A DNA stretch of 64,000 bases from Nitrospinales bacterium (GCA_965223345.1 CBDCWG010000012.1:1184001-1248000); one strand, 5' to 3'; shown: positions 1 through 10,626, counted from the first letter of the stretch. Notes: generated by a model not told the origin, from the letters alone. Numbers and translations: made by a program.

Positions 1-464
1 GCGCAGAGGATGAAAAAACTCAGCGCCATGTCGGTGGTGGCCCAGCGCGCGATCTGAAAGTGCATGAAGCAGGCCGGCAAGAGGAACGCGCTGATGAGAG
101 CCGCCTCGCGTGCGAACAGCCTGCGCGCGAGGTAGAACGTGAGCGGCACGCACAGGGTGCCGAACAGCACCGGCCAGAGCCGCGCCGCAGAGAGGCTGAT
201 ACCGAACACCTTGTACGCGAGCGCGACGAGCCAGTAAAACAGAATCGGCTTGGCAAAGCGTTTTTCGTCGTGATACATGGGCGTGACGTAGTCGCCCGTT
301 TGCAGCATGTTTTTTGCGGTGAGAACGTAAAAGTTCTCATCGGTGTGGTACGGCGGCACCTCGCCCAACCCGTGCAACAGGGAGAAAAAGACACCGGCCG
401 TCAGCAGACCGAGAATGAGATGGTCCTTGATGCGCTGCGTTAGAGAGCCCAGAGGGTTGTGCAT
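1..464 (-). CDS. ArnT/PMT-family (GT-C) membrane glycosyltransferase, 5' part only (runs off the window start)
   Basis: Not in the ORF track; I translated it from ATG at 464: MHNPLGSLTQRIKDHLILGLL...PPYHTDENFYVLTAKNMLQTGDYVTPMYHDEKRFAKPILFYWLVALAYKVFG...ARWATTDMAL. It has the ArnT DE-x-x-Y and KP-x-L-x-YW motifs. Confidence 0.85.
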   Translation of the reverse strand, partial: MHNPLGSLTQRIKDHLILGLLTAGVFFSLLHGLGEVPPYHTDENFYVLTAKNMLQTGDYVTPMYHDEKRFAKPILFYWLVALAYKVFGISLSAARLWPVLFGTLCVPLTFYLARRLFAREAALISAFLLPACFMHFQIARWATTDMALSFFILC

Positions 465-711
465 GCGGGTTGTTTGGGTAGAGAGAGGAAACCGGATTTC
501 AGGCGGATAAAGGAAAAATGCCAGTGCATTATACACGTTTTAAAACTATCCAGATGCAAATTTTAGGGGGAGACTTTATAATCCACCGGTACCGAAACCC
601 GATCCATCGCAGACCTTCACACCCGATCCGCGAGGCGTGATTTGAACCCCGAGTCGGGGAGCCATCCCAGGCTTTATTTGATCGAAGCAACTTTGAACGT
701 CAACGAACCGC

Positions 712-3120
712 ATGGTCCAGGACCCCGAACCCGATTCTGAAAATCACGTGCCTTCCCAAACCCGGACGGAATCGCGAACGCCCTATCTGGTGCTCGCTGC
801 GATCATCCTCTGGACATTCGGCTGCAATCTCATCTGGACGATTCTGGATGAACAGCCTCCCTCCTGGGATCAGGCGGCGCACCTGCGCATCGCTTTAAAA
901 TACGCATCGGTGTTTTCATCGGGGTCGGAGCGGATGTGGCTCGACCTGTTGAGCGTCGAATCGTTCTACCCGCCGGTCTACCATCTGTCGCTGCTCCCCG
1001 TGTTCGCCGTGTTCGGATTTGCCGCCGACAACGCGGTGATCGTGAATTCATTTTTTCTCGCCGTGACACTGCTGGCGATCTACGGCATCGGCCGCAGGCT
1101 CTACGACCGCAACGTCGGCCTGCTTGCGGCGTTTTTATTCGCGTGCTACCCGTTTCCTGCCTACAGCGCCCGGCAGTGCATGATCGGGATCACGCTGACC
1201 GCTGTGGTGACGCTTTCCTATTATCTTTTTCTGCGTTCGAACCATTTCGAGGACAGAAAGTTTTCGGTTTTGTTCGCGCTCAGCTACGCTGTGGGGTTGA
1301 TGGTGAAGTGGACGTTTTTCCTTTACCTGCTGCCGGCGGTGATTCTGGGCCTCTGGGGGTGGGCGCACCGCAGCCTCGCCGCGCACGCCGGGCTTTGGCT
1401 GTACTATTTGGGACTGATCCTGGCGACGATGGTTTTCCCGTTTCTGCTTTTTATCCTGTCGCAGGGAAAGAGTATCGTGCTGTTGCTGGAGGCGGGGCTG
1501 GTCTTCGCGCTGGTGCGGTATTTCCCCCGGGTCGGGCTTTCGGCCTCCAAGCTGATCCACATTCTCACCCTGACCCTGGTGTCGCTTTGGGTCTGCTTCC
1601 CCTGGTACGCGCACAATCTGGCGAAAATGGCCAAGGGCATGTCCAAGTTCGGATTCCCCGACACGGTTCTCAAGGGCGACATGGAGTGGAACCTGCCGAT
1701 CTGGGGGTATTACCTGGAGGCGGCCGGACGCCAGATGGGCATGCCGTTTTTTTTGCTGTTTGTGGTGGGGGCGATCGCTTTTGTGCTGCGGAAAAAACAC
1801 TTCAACGGCATGCTGTTCGGCTGGATGGCGTTTTCCCTGATCGCGTTCACCCTGATCAACAACAAGGGCGTGCGCTACACGATGCCCATTCTGCCCGCAG
1901 CGGCCCTGGTGTCGGCGCTGTTCCTGTTGCGGATCGAGAGCGTGAAACTTCGCCGCGCCGCGCTGGCGGCGGGGATCGTCCTCGGCCTGTTCACCTACGT
2001 TTACACCGGATTCTTGCCGGGCGCTGCGAAGATGCCGGTATTGGGAGGACCGGCGCTGGGTTTTAAAGTGCTTCCCGTTGCGGAGCGCTGGCAGATCGAC
2101 TCGATTCTGGATGACATCCTGGAGGCGGCTTCGCCGCAACCGGGAGAAACCGTCACCGTGCGGACGCTCACCAATCATCCCTGGTTTCACCGCGGTGCGT
2201 TTCGCGATGCGGCGGAAATCCGCGGGCTTCCTGTGGTGGTGAAAAGCGTCAAGCGCAACCTGGGAGAGCTGACGGATTTTTTCATCACCAAAAATGAGAG
2301 TGAAGCCGGCGAATCGGGAATCGGGCAGATCCATCCCAAGCGCGACCGGCTGCTTTCCGATCCGGTGTTGCTGAACACCTTCATGTTGTTCAAACGCTAT
2401 CCGCTTCCCAACCGGGCGCAGGCGCTGGTTCTGCGGCGCCACGTTGTGCCGGCGACCGGCATCGAAGGCGCGCTGCGGCTGGAAGAGGTGGAACGGCGGT
2501 TTGCGGGTGCGCTATCGGAATACCCCATCTACGGCGTGGAGGAGGCGGTCAATCCGTCCGTGCGCATCGTCCCCACCGAACGGCCCGAGGACCTTGCGCT
2601 CGGGCGCTACCGCAGCATCACGTTTCGCGCCGACTCCGCGCTTTCCAACAAGGTGCGCATCGAGGACATCGAACTCACCTTCGAAGACGTGCAGATCAGC
2701 CTGTACGAGCTGTTTCAAAATGGCAAACTGATCCTGTTTGAAATCGGAAAATTGTTCCCCAAAGGCACGGTGCATTTTGATTTTTTGGAAGCGCTTGCCG
2801 AAAAGGAAATGAAGGGCCGCGGTGCGGCGCGGCTGCAAGGCGAGGGCGATCGCCTCTACCTGAGCGCCTGGCACGAAGTCCCCTGGGGCAAGGTGGAGGG
2901 GAGGGTCTCGGTGCGCATCGAATTTCAGCCGGGGTCCCACATCCGGCCGGTGGTCGAGTCGGTGGTATTGGGTCCTGTGGCTCTCAAGGAAATATTTTAC
3001 CGCCGCATCGTGGATGAGAAAATCGCGCTCACGCCGACACCGGGCTGGCCGTTGACGACGGACATCCGGACCCTAAAAATCCATCCGCGCAAACTTGAAA
3101 TCAACCCGGATGCCTCCTGA
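712..3120 (+). CDS. GT-C (ArnT/GT39-like) glycosyltransferase with a long C-terminal soluble extension
   Basis: PPSWDQAAH and FYPPVYH motifs, many TM helices, and NKGVRYTMP. About 330 aa of beta-rich C-terminal region follows. Confidence 0.8.
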   Translation: MVQDPEPDSENHVPSQTRTESRTPYLVLAAIILWTFGCNLIWTILDEQPPSWDQAAHLRIALKYASVFSSGSERMWLDLLSVESFYPPVYHLSLLPVFAVFGFAADNAVIVNSFFLAVTLLAIYGIGRRLYDRNVGLLAAFLFACYPFPAYSARQCMIGITLTAVVTLSYYLFLRSNHFEDRKFSVLFALSYAVGLMVKWTFFLYLLPAVILGLWGWAHRSLAAHAGLWLYYLGLILATMVFPFLLFILSQGKSIVLLLEAGLVFALVRYFPRVGLSASKLIHILTLTLVSLWVCFPWYAHNLAKMAKGMSKFGFPDTVLKGDMEWNLPIWGYYLEAAGRQMGMPFFLLFVVGAIAFVLRKKHFNGMLFGWMAFSLIAFTLINNKGVRYTMPILPAAALVSALFLLRIESVKLRRAALAAGIVLGLFTYVYTGFLPGAAKMPVLGGPALGFKVLPVAERWQIDSILDDILEAASPQPGETVTVRTLTNHPWFHRGAFRDAAEIRGLPVVVKSVKRNLGELTDFFITKNESEAGESGIGQIHPKRDRLLSDPVLLNTFMLFKRYPLPNRAQALVLRRHVVPATGIEGALRLEEVERRFAGALSEYPIYGVEEAVNPSVRIVPTERPEDLALGRYRSITFRADSALSNKVRIEDIELTFEDVQISLYELFQNGKLILFEIGKLFPKGTVHFDFLEALAEKEMKGRGAARLQGEGDRLYLSAWHEVPWGKVEGRVSVRIEFQPGSHIRPVVESVVLGPVALKEIFYRRIVDEKIALTPTPGWPLTTDIRTLKIHPRKLEINPDAS

Positions 3121-3126
3121 CCGATC

Positions 3127-4266
3127 GTGAAAATTTCCTTTCTCTGTTTCGATCTTTCCGACAATTCCCTGGGGCGGGCGGCGCTGTTGGCCGGGGCGCT
3201 GGCGGCGCACCACACGGTGGAGCTTGTGGGGCCTGCAAAAAAAGGGGAGATCTGGTATCCTCTGCGGGATCTCAATATCAAGACCCGGATCTACCCGTGG
3301 AAGCGCTATCCGGCGTTTGTGCCGACGGTGCGGCGGATGGTCAAGGATCTGGATGCCGACCTGGTGTTCGCCTGCAAGCTGCGGCCCACGAGTTTCGGAA
3401 TCGGCCTGCTCAAAAAATGGATTCACAAAACGCCGCTGCTCGTGGACATCGATGACTGGGAGCTGGGTTTTTTCTACCACACGGATTTCTGGGGCAAGCT
3501 GGGCCGGTTTCTGAACCTGTCGAATCCCAACGGGCTGCCCTACACCTGGCTGATGGAGCGGCTGGTGTCCTTTGCGGATGGCGTTTGCGTGAGCAACCGC
3601 TATCTGGAAAACCGGTTTGCCGGAACCCTGCTGTACCATTGCCGCGACACGACCGTGCTCGATCCTGAGCGGTACGATGCCGATGCGGCCAGGCGGGAAC
3701 TGGGCCTGACGGGAAAACAGGTCGTGATGTTTCTCGGCACGCCGCGGGCGCACAAGGGAGTGGACGATCTGGTGCGGGCGGTGGAGGCTCTCGACGATCC
3801 GTTGGCGCGGCTGGTGCTGGTGGGCGCCGATGAAAACGACAAGGCGCGGATTTTAGCGCGGGGCGGGGACGAAGAACGGGTGGTGTTTGTTCCACGCATC
3901 CCGTTCGCAAAACTGGGCGATCACCTTGCGGCGGCGGACGTGGTGGTGATTCCGCAGCGGCGCACCACCGATACGGTGGGGCAGATGCCCGCCAAGATCT
4001 TCGATGCGATGGCGATGGCGCGGCCGATCGTCTCCACGCGGGTGTCGGACATTCCGGAAGTGCTGGACGACTGCGGCCACCTGGTGGAGCCGGGCGACAT
4101 CGAGGGGTTGACCGCTGCGATCCGGCGCGTGCTGTCGCATCCTAAAGAGGCCGAAGAAATGGGTGCGCGGGCGCGGCGACGTTGCCAGGATCTTTACGAT
4201 ACCAGACGGCTGACGACGCAACTCAACGAGCTGGTGTCTGCCACGGTCGCTCGCGCGCGGCCCTGA
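3127..4266 (+). CDS. Glycosyltransferase family 4
   Basis: HKGVDDL, PAKIFDAMAMARPIVST, and LVEPGD motifs. Confidence 0.9.
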   Translation: MKISFLCFDLSDNSLGRAALLAGALAAHHTVELVGPAKKGEIWYPLRDLNIKTRIYPWKRYPAFVPTVRRMVKDLDADLVFACKLRPTSFGIGLLKKWIHKTPLLVDIDDWELGFFYHTDFWGKLGRFLNLSNPNGLPYTWLMERLVSFADGVCVSNRYLENRFAGTLLYHCRDTTVLDPERYDADAARRELGLTGKQVVMFLGTPRAHKGVDDLVRAVEALDDPLARLVLVGADENDKARILARGGDEERVVFVPRIPFAKLGDHLAAADVVVIPQRRTTDTVGQMPAKIFDAMAMARPIVSTRVSDIPEVLDDCGHLVEPGDIEGLTAAIRRVLSHPKEAEEMGARARRRCQDLYDTRRLTTQLNELVSATVARARP

Positions 4267-4339
4267 CGCCGCGCGGGAAAGCCGGATACGCGATCGCGGG
4301 CGTTTTTGCGGATGATGCAGGAAACAACGAGGATGAACC

Positions 4340-5413
4340 TTGAGGACATTTCCTAAAAACCGGATTCCCGCCGGGGCGAAGATCCTTCTGATCAAACTGC
4401 GCTCCATCGGCGATGTGATTTACAACACCGCGGTGTACACGCCGCTCAAAAACTGTTTCCCGGATGCGCACCTCACCGTTCTGGTCGAGCCGGCCTCGTA
4501 CGATATCGTGCGCAGCCATCCGGATGTGGACGCGGTGCTCTGTTTTCGCAAAGGCTCTCTGGCCGAACAGGCGCGCTTTTACTGGAACCTGTTTCGCAGT
4601 CGTTACGATGTCGCCATCGACATGCACGAAGGCACCCGGGGCGCACTGATGTGTTTCTGCACACAGGCGCGGTACCGCGTCGGCAACCGTTTCGCCAAGC
4701 GGTCTTTCTTGTACAACGTCAGGCTGGATTTTTCCGATCTCAATCCGCAGTATCCGATCGATTACCAGGTGGCTCTGATCACAAAAATGGGCGCGGCGTT
4801 CGATCGCCCGCAACCGGTCGTCCACCTGTCCGCAGAAAGCCGCGCCAACGCCGCAAGAATTCTCACACAAAACGGGATCGCGCCGGAGGACCCGTACTGC
4901 ATCGTGCATCCCGGCAGCCGCAGGATCTACAACCGCTGGTCCAGCGACGATTTCGCGCATGTGGTGACGGCCCTGCATTCGGAATACGGGCTGAAGGTGG
5001 TTTTGACCTGCGGTCCCGGAGAGGAAGAACAGGTGCGGGCGGTGACGGACAAGATCCGGAACAGTCCGTATGTGTTCGTCAAGACCGAGCTGCAGGAGCT
5101 TGCGGCGATCACCGAAGGCGCGGAATTTTCCCTGTGTCACAACGGCGGCTTCATGCACCTCTCCTCGGTGCTCGGTACGCCGGTGGTGGCGTTGTTCGGC
5201 TCGGTGCATCCCCGTGTGTGGCGGCCGCTGGGCGAGCGGGACGTGATCCTGTATCGGGATCTGGAGTGCAGTCCCTGCAACGACAAGACGCGCAAAAAGG
5301 AATGTTACGGCGGCGACACCGAGTGTATGCGCGCCATCACAAAGGAGCACGTGCTGGAAGGCGTGGACCGCATCCTGCAAAAGGACGCACGGGAACTCAA
5401 GGAAGAGCTCTGA
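4340..5413 (+). CDS. Glycosyltransferase family 9 (LPS heptosyltransferase-like)
   Basis: KILLIKLRSIGDV, HPGS, and MHLSSVLGTPVVALFG motifs. Confidence 0.9.
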   Translation: MRTFPKNRIPAGAKILLIKLRSIGDVIYNTAVYTPLKNCFPDAHLTVLVEPASYDIVRSHPDVDAVLCFRKGSLAEQARFYWNLFRSRYDVAIDMHEGTRGALMCFCTQARYRVGNRFAKRSFLYNVRLDFSDLNPQYPIDYQVALITKMGAAFDRPQPVVHLSAESRANAARILTQNGIAPEDPYCIVHPGSRRIYNRWSSDDFAHVVTALHSEYGLKVVLTCGPGEEEQVRAVTDKIRNSPYVFVKTELQELAAITEGAEFSLCHNGGFMHLSSVLGTPVVALFGSVHPRVWRPLGERDVILYRDLECSPCNDKTRKKECYGGDTECMRAITKEHVLEGVDRILQKDARELKEEL

Positions 5414-5425
5414 ATCGCTTGCGGG

Positions 5426-6418
5426 TCAGGACCGCTGCAACGCTTCGCGTATCGTATCCCAAACCCTGGACACCGAAATTTTTTTAAGGTCGCGGTCTTC
5501 CTTCGCCGCCCGCCTGGAAACCATTCCGTTTGGTGAAGGATGCAGCATGAAACAGAGGTTTTCCCCCAATTGGTAGGGACCCGAGCCTCGCGGGTCGTAG
5601 AGGCCGAACAGCGCCACCGTCGGCACCTTGAGCGCAAACCCGACGTGCATCGGCCCCGTGTCGCAGGTGACCAGGAGGCGTGCGTGGCTGATGAGCAGGC
5701 TGTCCGATTTCAGGGGCAGATCGAGGGAATGCACGACGCGCTTCGCATCCATGTCTTCCAGCAACGTGCGGACGGCTGCCGCTTCCGCCGGTCCGCCGCC
5801 GAGCACGATTTTATACTCGGTGTGTTTGAGGATCGCTTGCGCCAGTTCGAAAAACCGTTCTTCGGGCCAGCGTTTTTCCGCTGCCGACGCGCCGATGTTC
5901 AGGTAGATGAATTTTTTCGGGGACAGCCGGGCGGCTTTGAGGAAGTGGTTGACCGCCGCTCGGTCGGATTCGTTGAAAAAAATTTCCATCTGCCCGCCAT
6001 CGGCCGGGATGCCGATGGTTTCGATCAGTTTCAGGCGTCTGAGAATGCCGTGCACCGTTCCTTCGATGCGCACCCGGTTTGCCGGTTCGATCCACGCAGC
6101 GTTCTGGTGCGCCCACAGGCTTTTGCGCCGCAGCCAGGGAAAAAGACGGGTGATGTCGCGATTGGCGTGAAACAGCAACACCGCATCGTAGGATTCCGAG
6201 AGTAGCCTGAGGCCGGTCCACGGCTGGCGGTACCATTGCGGGTGGTACTCGATCAGCCGGTCGATGTGCGGGTTGTTTTCGAACAGCGGTTGCCAGCGGC
6301 CGAGGGTGAGCAGGTGCAGCTTGAGCGCAGGCCGCGCTTTTTTGATCGCGCGGATCGCCGGCGTTCCCCACAGGGTGTCTCCCATTCCAGTGGTGCTGAT
6401 GACGAGGATTGTTTTCAT
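5426..6418 (-). CDS. Glycosyltransferase family 9 (heptosyltransferase-like)
   Basis: Start chosen at MKTILVISTTGMGD. DTGPMHVGFALKVPTVALFG motif. Confidence 0.9.
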   Translation of the reverse strand: MKTILVISTTGMGDTLWGTPAIRAIKKARPALKLHLLTLGRWQPLFENNPHIDRLIEYHPQWYRQPWTGLRLLSESYDAVLLFHANRDITRLFPWLRRKSLWAHQNAAWIEPANRVRIEGTVHGILRRLKLIETIGIPADGGQMEIFFNESDRAAVNHFLKAARLSPKKFIYLNIGASAAEKRWPEERFFELAQAILKHTEYKIVLGGGPAEAAAVRTLLEDMDAKRVVHSLDLPLKSDSLLISHARLLVTCDTGPMHVGFALKVPTVALFGLYDPRGSGPYQLGENLCFMLHPSPNGMVSRRAAKEDRDLKKISVSRVWDTIREALQRS

Positions 6419-6443
6419 GAAAAGACGGCGTTGTTTTTGCCCG

Positions 6444-7421
6444 CTACGGCCCGGTGCGGAGAGAGGCTGATCCCGGCCTGTTTTTTCTGCCGATGACGTA
6501 CAGGTTGAAGCCATACCCCGCCCCGTCGAGAAGGGGGCTGATGTAATTGACGGGGTTGAGGCTGTTTTTCAGATCGCGCCGGATTCCCTTAAGCCGTTTT
6601 GCCAGTCTGGACGCAGGCGCGGCCTCTTTCCGGTAGGGTTTGTTTTCCGGAGAAGAGAAAAACCCTTTTTTGGCGCGGTTGGTGTTTTCATACACGATGT
6701 CGAACCCGGCCGGCGCCAGCATCCGCTTGAGGGTCTCGCTGCAATAAAAGAACAGGTGCTGCTCGATCCGGTAGCCATACCATTTTTCCTTGAGAAGCGC
6801 CGCGTTTTTCACGTTCGGCGTCCAGATCACCAGAAGCCCTCCCGGTTTGAGCAGGTTCCCGCAACGTTCCAGGAACGGGCGCGGATGCGGCAGGTGTTCG
6901 ATGAGATCCCAAAGCACGATGACATCGAAAAACGCGGACGGCCAGCTCGCCTGTTGCAAGGGGGCGCACTGGACGTTGCCGAGGTGAAGCTCCTCTTTGG
7001 CGAAGCGGACGAATTCGGGAACGATGTCGATGCCGTAGGGGTCCCAGCCGCGTTCGCGGGCGGCCTTGAGAAAGAATCCACCACCGCAGCCGATGTCGAG
7101 AAGGCGGCCGGTTCCGTGATACAGACTCTCGATGCGTTTGAGGCGCTCGTTGTATTTTTTGCGATAGGATCGCCAGCGGTCCGTGCGTTCCTGAATATAG
7201 CTTCTGTAGAACGGGTTGCTCCCGCCGCCGTTTTGCGTTTCCTTTTCGTACAACGCATCCAGATAATTCTGCACCGGCATCGGGTTGACGAACTGCAGGC
7301 CGCAGTCGCGACAGCGCACCACCCTGGAAACGCCGTTCCAGACACACACTTCGGAAAAGTTTTCCGACCCGCAGATTTCGCAGGGGATGTCGCGGAAGTT
7401 TTTGGAGTCGGCAAGCGGCAT
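6444..7421 (-). CDS. Class I SAM-dependent methyltransferase with N-terminal Zn-ribbon (glycan-modifying type)
   Basis: CEICG...CRDCG ribbon, LLDIGCGGG, and FDVIVLWDLIEHL...LKPGG motifs. Confidence 0.85.
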   Translation of the reverse strand: MPLADSKNFRDIPCEICGSENFSEVCVWNGVSRVVRCRDCGLQFVNPMPVQNYLDALYEKETQNGGGSNPFYRSYIQERTDRWRSYRKKYNERLKRIESLYHGTGRLLDIGCGGGFFLKAARERGWDPYGIDIVPEFVRFAKEELHLGNVQCAPLQQASWPSAFFDVIVLWDLIEHLPHPRPFLERCGNLLKPGGLLVIWTPNVKNAALLKEKWYGYRIEQHLFFYCSETLKRMLAPAGFDIVYENTNRAKKGFFSSPENKPYRKEAAPASRLAKRLKGIRRDLKNSLNPVNYISPLLDGAGYGFNLYVIGRKNRPGSASLRTGP

Positions 7422-7548
7422 GACGGAACCGGGACAGTGGGGAAAGCGCCTGTAATAGGTTGATATCGACACTCTTGGATGGATATGGTAGATTATTCGC
7501 CGTCCACGCGCAACCCGTCTACCGTCCACCTGTCGAGAACCTGCCTTG

Positions 7549-8676
7549 GTGAAACCGCTTCATATCCTGCACTCGGAAGCCGCGTTCGGCTGGGGAGGGC
7601 AGGAGATCCGCATCTTCCAGGAATGCCGCGAGCTTCTCAAGCGGGGGCATCGCGTCACACTCGTGTGCCAGCCCGGCAGTCCGCTCGCCGAGCGGGGCCG
7701 CACGCTCACCGATGATAACTACGCGTTCCACCCGTTGCGCATGCGGCGTCCGCTGAGCCCTTCGGCGTTTTTCAAGCTGTTGCGGCTGATCCGCCGCGCG
7801 CGCCCGGATGTCCTGCACACACACAGCTCCATCGACAGCTGGCTCGTTTCCTTCATCGGGAAAATCCTGGGCATTCCCATCGTGCGCACCCGCCATGTAT
7901 CCATACCGGTGAAAAATTATTTCCCCAACAACCAGCTGTATTCGTTTTTCCCGGCCCGCATCCTCACCAGCGGCGCGGCGATCCGCGATATGCTGCTGAA
8001 AGTGGACGGCGTGAAAGAAGACCGGGTCGTTTCGATCCCGGCGGGGGTGGACATGCAGCGGTTCGATTACAATCTTTCGGGGGAGAAGATCCGCCAGGAA
8101 CTGAATCTTTCTGAGGGGCAGCCGCTGATCGGCAAGGTGGGCGTGATCCGGGGGTGGAAGGGGCACGATTATTTCCTTGAATCGGCCCCCCTTGTTTTGA
8201 AACAATTTCCGAATGCGCGGTTTGTCATTGTGGGAGACGGTCCGGGGTACGATGAGATCCGGAGGAAGGTTCAGCAGAGAGGGCTCGACGCCGCGGTGAC
8301 GCTGCTCGGACACCGCGAGGACGTTCCGGAGATCATCGCGGCCATGGACATCATGGTGCTGGCGTCGTTCGCGGGGGAGGGTACGTCTCAGGTCATCCCG
8401 CAGGCGTTCGCCATGAAGACCCCGGTGGTGGCCGCACGCGGAGGATCGATTGCGGAACTTTTGGGAAACGAAGAACGCGGTCTGCTCGCGGATATCAAAA
8501 GCGGACCGTCCCTGGCCTCGGGGGTGGTCCGGTTGCTACAAGATTCCGCGCTGTGCGAGCGGTTCAAGGCGGAGGCTTACGCTTATTGTGAACGGGAACT
8601 GACGATCGAACGGAAAATGGAACAGACCCTGAGCGTCTACCGGGACGTGCTGAACCGGTCCGACAACGCGTCGTGA
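7549..8676 (+). CDS. Glycosyltransferase family 4
   Basis: WGGQE, PDVLHTHSS, WKGHDYF, and EGTSQVIPQAFAM motifs. Confidence 0.9.
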   Translation: MKPLHILHSEAAFGWGGQEIRIFQECRELLKRGHRVTLVCQPGSPLAERGRTLTDDNYAFHPLRMRRPLSPSAFFKLLRLIRRARPDVLHTHSSIDSWLVSFIGKILGIPIVRTRHVSIPVKNYFPNNQLYSFFPARILTSGAAIRDMLLKVDGVKEDRVVSIPAGVDMQRFDYNLSGEKIRQELNLSEGQPLIGKVGVIRGWKGHDYFLESAPLVLKQFPNARFVIVGDGPGYDEIRRKVQQRGLDAAVTLLGHREDVPEIIAAMDIMVLASFAGEGTSQVIPQAFAMKTPVVAARGGSIAELLGNEERGLLADIKSGPSLASGVVRLLQDSALCERFKAEAYAYCERELTIERKMEQTLSVYRDVLNRSDNAS

Positions 8677-8701
8677 TGGCAGTGCTACCGGAGCCGGTCC
8701 G

Positions 8702-9844
8702 ATGAAGATCGCGCTGATCCGGCAGAAATACGTTCCGTATGGCGGGGCGGAAAGTTTTGCGGCCCAGTATGCCACCCACCTTGCGGAATCGGGACACGAC
8801 GTTCATATCTTTGCGAACCGCTGGAAAACCTGCGAACACCCGAACCTGCACGTTCATCCCGTCGCTGCGATTCGCGCCAATTCCTTTTTGCGCACGCTCA
8901 CCTTCGCCCGCAATGCGGCGAAGGCCGTGCGCCGCCAGACGTTCGACATCGTGCAGTCGCACGAGCGCACGTTCTACCAGGACATCTACCGCGCCGGCGA
9001 CGGCTGCCACCGGGAGTGGTTGCGGCAAAGGAAAAAATACGAGGAATCGGGCAAAAGCCTGTTTTGGGGCATGAGCCCGTTTCACCGCTTGATCCTCGGG
9101 CTGGAGCGGCGCTTGTTTGCAGGGAACGCGTGCAAAAAAATCGTCGCGATTTCGAAAATGGTGAAGCGGGACATTCAACGGCACTACCGGGTGCCGGATG
9201 AAAAGATCGCTGTCGTATACAACGGCGTGCATCTGGAATTGTTTCATCCAAAAAACAAATCAGTCTTCCGCTCCACCCTGCGCAAGAAAATGGGCATCCC
9301 GGAAGAGGCGGTTCTGATTCTGTTCGTCGGTTCCGGGTTCGAGAGAAAGGGGCTGGCGGCGCTGCTGCGCAGCCTTGCGCACCTGAATGGCGATGACTGG
9401 CGTCTTTTGCTGGTCGGCAAGGGCGACTGGAAAAAGTATCTGAAATTCGCGCCCGCAAACACACGCGACAAGATCCACTGCCAGGACCCCGTCGATACCA
9501 TCGAGCAGCACTACGCTGCGGCGGATGTGTTCGTGCTGCCTTCGATCTACGAGCCGTTCGGCAACGCCAACCTGGAAGCGCTGGCATCGGGACTGCCGAT
9601 CGTGACGAGCGCCCGGTGCGGTGCGGCGGAAATCATCGAGCACGGGCGGGAAGGATTCGTCATTCAAGACCCCGGCTCCCCGGAGGAAATCGCGGCCCAT
9701 CTCAACCGGTTGTTCGATGCGGCTCTGCGCGAGAGTATGGGTCGCAACGCCCGCACACTGGCGGAGCGTTTCACACCGGAGCGCTGTGCCAACGAAATGC
9801 TGGCGGTCTATGAAGAAGTGGCGACCGCAAGAAAGAGTGGGTGA
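8702..9844 (+). CDS. Glycosyltransferase family 4 (WaaG/RfaG-like LPS core glucosyltransferase)
   Basis: YGGAE, DIYRAGDG, FVGSGFERKGL, and YEPFGNANLEALASG motifs. Confidence 0.88.
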   Translation: MKIALIRQKYVPYGGAESFAAQYATHLAESGHDVHIFANRWKTCEHPNLHVHPVAAIRANSFLRTLTFARNAAKAVRRQTFDIVQSHERTFYQDIYRAGDGCHREWLRQRKKYEESGKSLFWGMSPFHRLILGLERRLFAGNACKKIVAISKMVKRDIQRHYRVPDEKIAVVYNGVHLELFHPKNKSVFRSTLRKKMGIPEEAVLILFVGSGFERKGLAALLRSLAHLNGDDWRLLLVGKGDWKKYLKFAPANTRDKIHCQDPVDTIEQHYAAADVFVLPSIYEPFGNANLEALASGLPIVTSARCGAAEIIEHGREGFVIQDPGSPEEIAAHLNRLFDAALRESMGRNARTLAERFTPERCANEMLAVYEEVATARKSG

Positions 9845-9948
9845 ACTGACGGCAGGGATCGATCCTTCCCTGTCACATGCGGATTTTGGTTGCTCTATGA
9901 GTGCCGAATCGAGAGTGACGCCTTGCAAAACGGGTATTCAGGAAGACG

Positions 9949-10626
9949 ATGCTTTTTAAAAAAAAAGAGATCAACGATCACCGGCGCCCGCGATTGAAGA
10001 AAGCCTTTTTTCTGCACCGCAAGGCGCTGCGCGATTTTGTGATGCGGTTTGCGGAGGGGGTCGAAAAAGAGGCGTGGATTCTGGATTTCGGGTGCGGAGC
10101 GAAACCGTATGCGCCTTACTTCAAATCCCGGCGATACATCGGGGTGGACGGGCATGCGGGTTCCGCGGCGGACGTGCTCTCAGGCGAGAGGATTCCCTTC
10201 AGGGATGGTGTTTTCGATTGCGTGCTGTCGTTTCAGGTGCTGGAGCATGTGCCGGATCCGAAAACGCTGCTCGATGAATGCCGCCGTGTGTTGAAACCCG
10301 ATGGAACCCTGCTGATTTCTGTTCCGTTTGTGTACGAGTACCACGCCTGTCCCACCGATTACTGGCGTTTCACCCATGAGGGCCTGTCGAAGTTATTGGA
10401 GGAGTTTTCCGATATCCACATCACGAACGACACGTCCACCGGTCAGACACTCATCAGCATGATCTGCAGCTGGACCTGGCATTTTACCGAGCGCCATAAA
10501 ATAAAATGGCTGGGAAATGTTCTGATTTCTCTTTTCAATCTCGTGGGTTTGTGTTGCGATAGGCAGTCACTCACATTGAAAACGGGTTATTTGACGTCCA
10601 ACTTCATTGTGACGGCAAAAAAATGA
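9949..10626 (+). CDS. Class I SAM-dependent methyltransferase (type 11)
   Basis: ILDFGCGAKPY, QVLEHVPDP, LKPDG, and PTDYWRFT motifs. Confidence 0.88.
   Translation: MLFKKKEINDHRRPRLKKAFFLHRKALRDFVMRFAEGVEKEAWILDFGCGAKPYAPYFKSRRYIGVDGHAGSAADVLSGERIPFRDGVFDCVLSFQVLEHVPDPKTLLDECRRVLKPDGTLLISVPFVYEYHACPTDYWRFTHEGLSKLLEEFSDIHITNDTSTGQTLISMICSWTWHFTERHKIKWLGNVLISLFNLVGLCCDRQSLTLKTGYLTSNFIVTAKK

Noticed and set aside
20..443. ORF-track calls 20..394 (-) and 60..443 (+)
   Set aside because: These are alternative-frame and antisense shadows of the truncated ArnT-like gene starting at 464.
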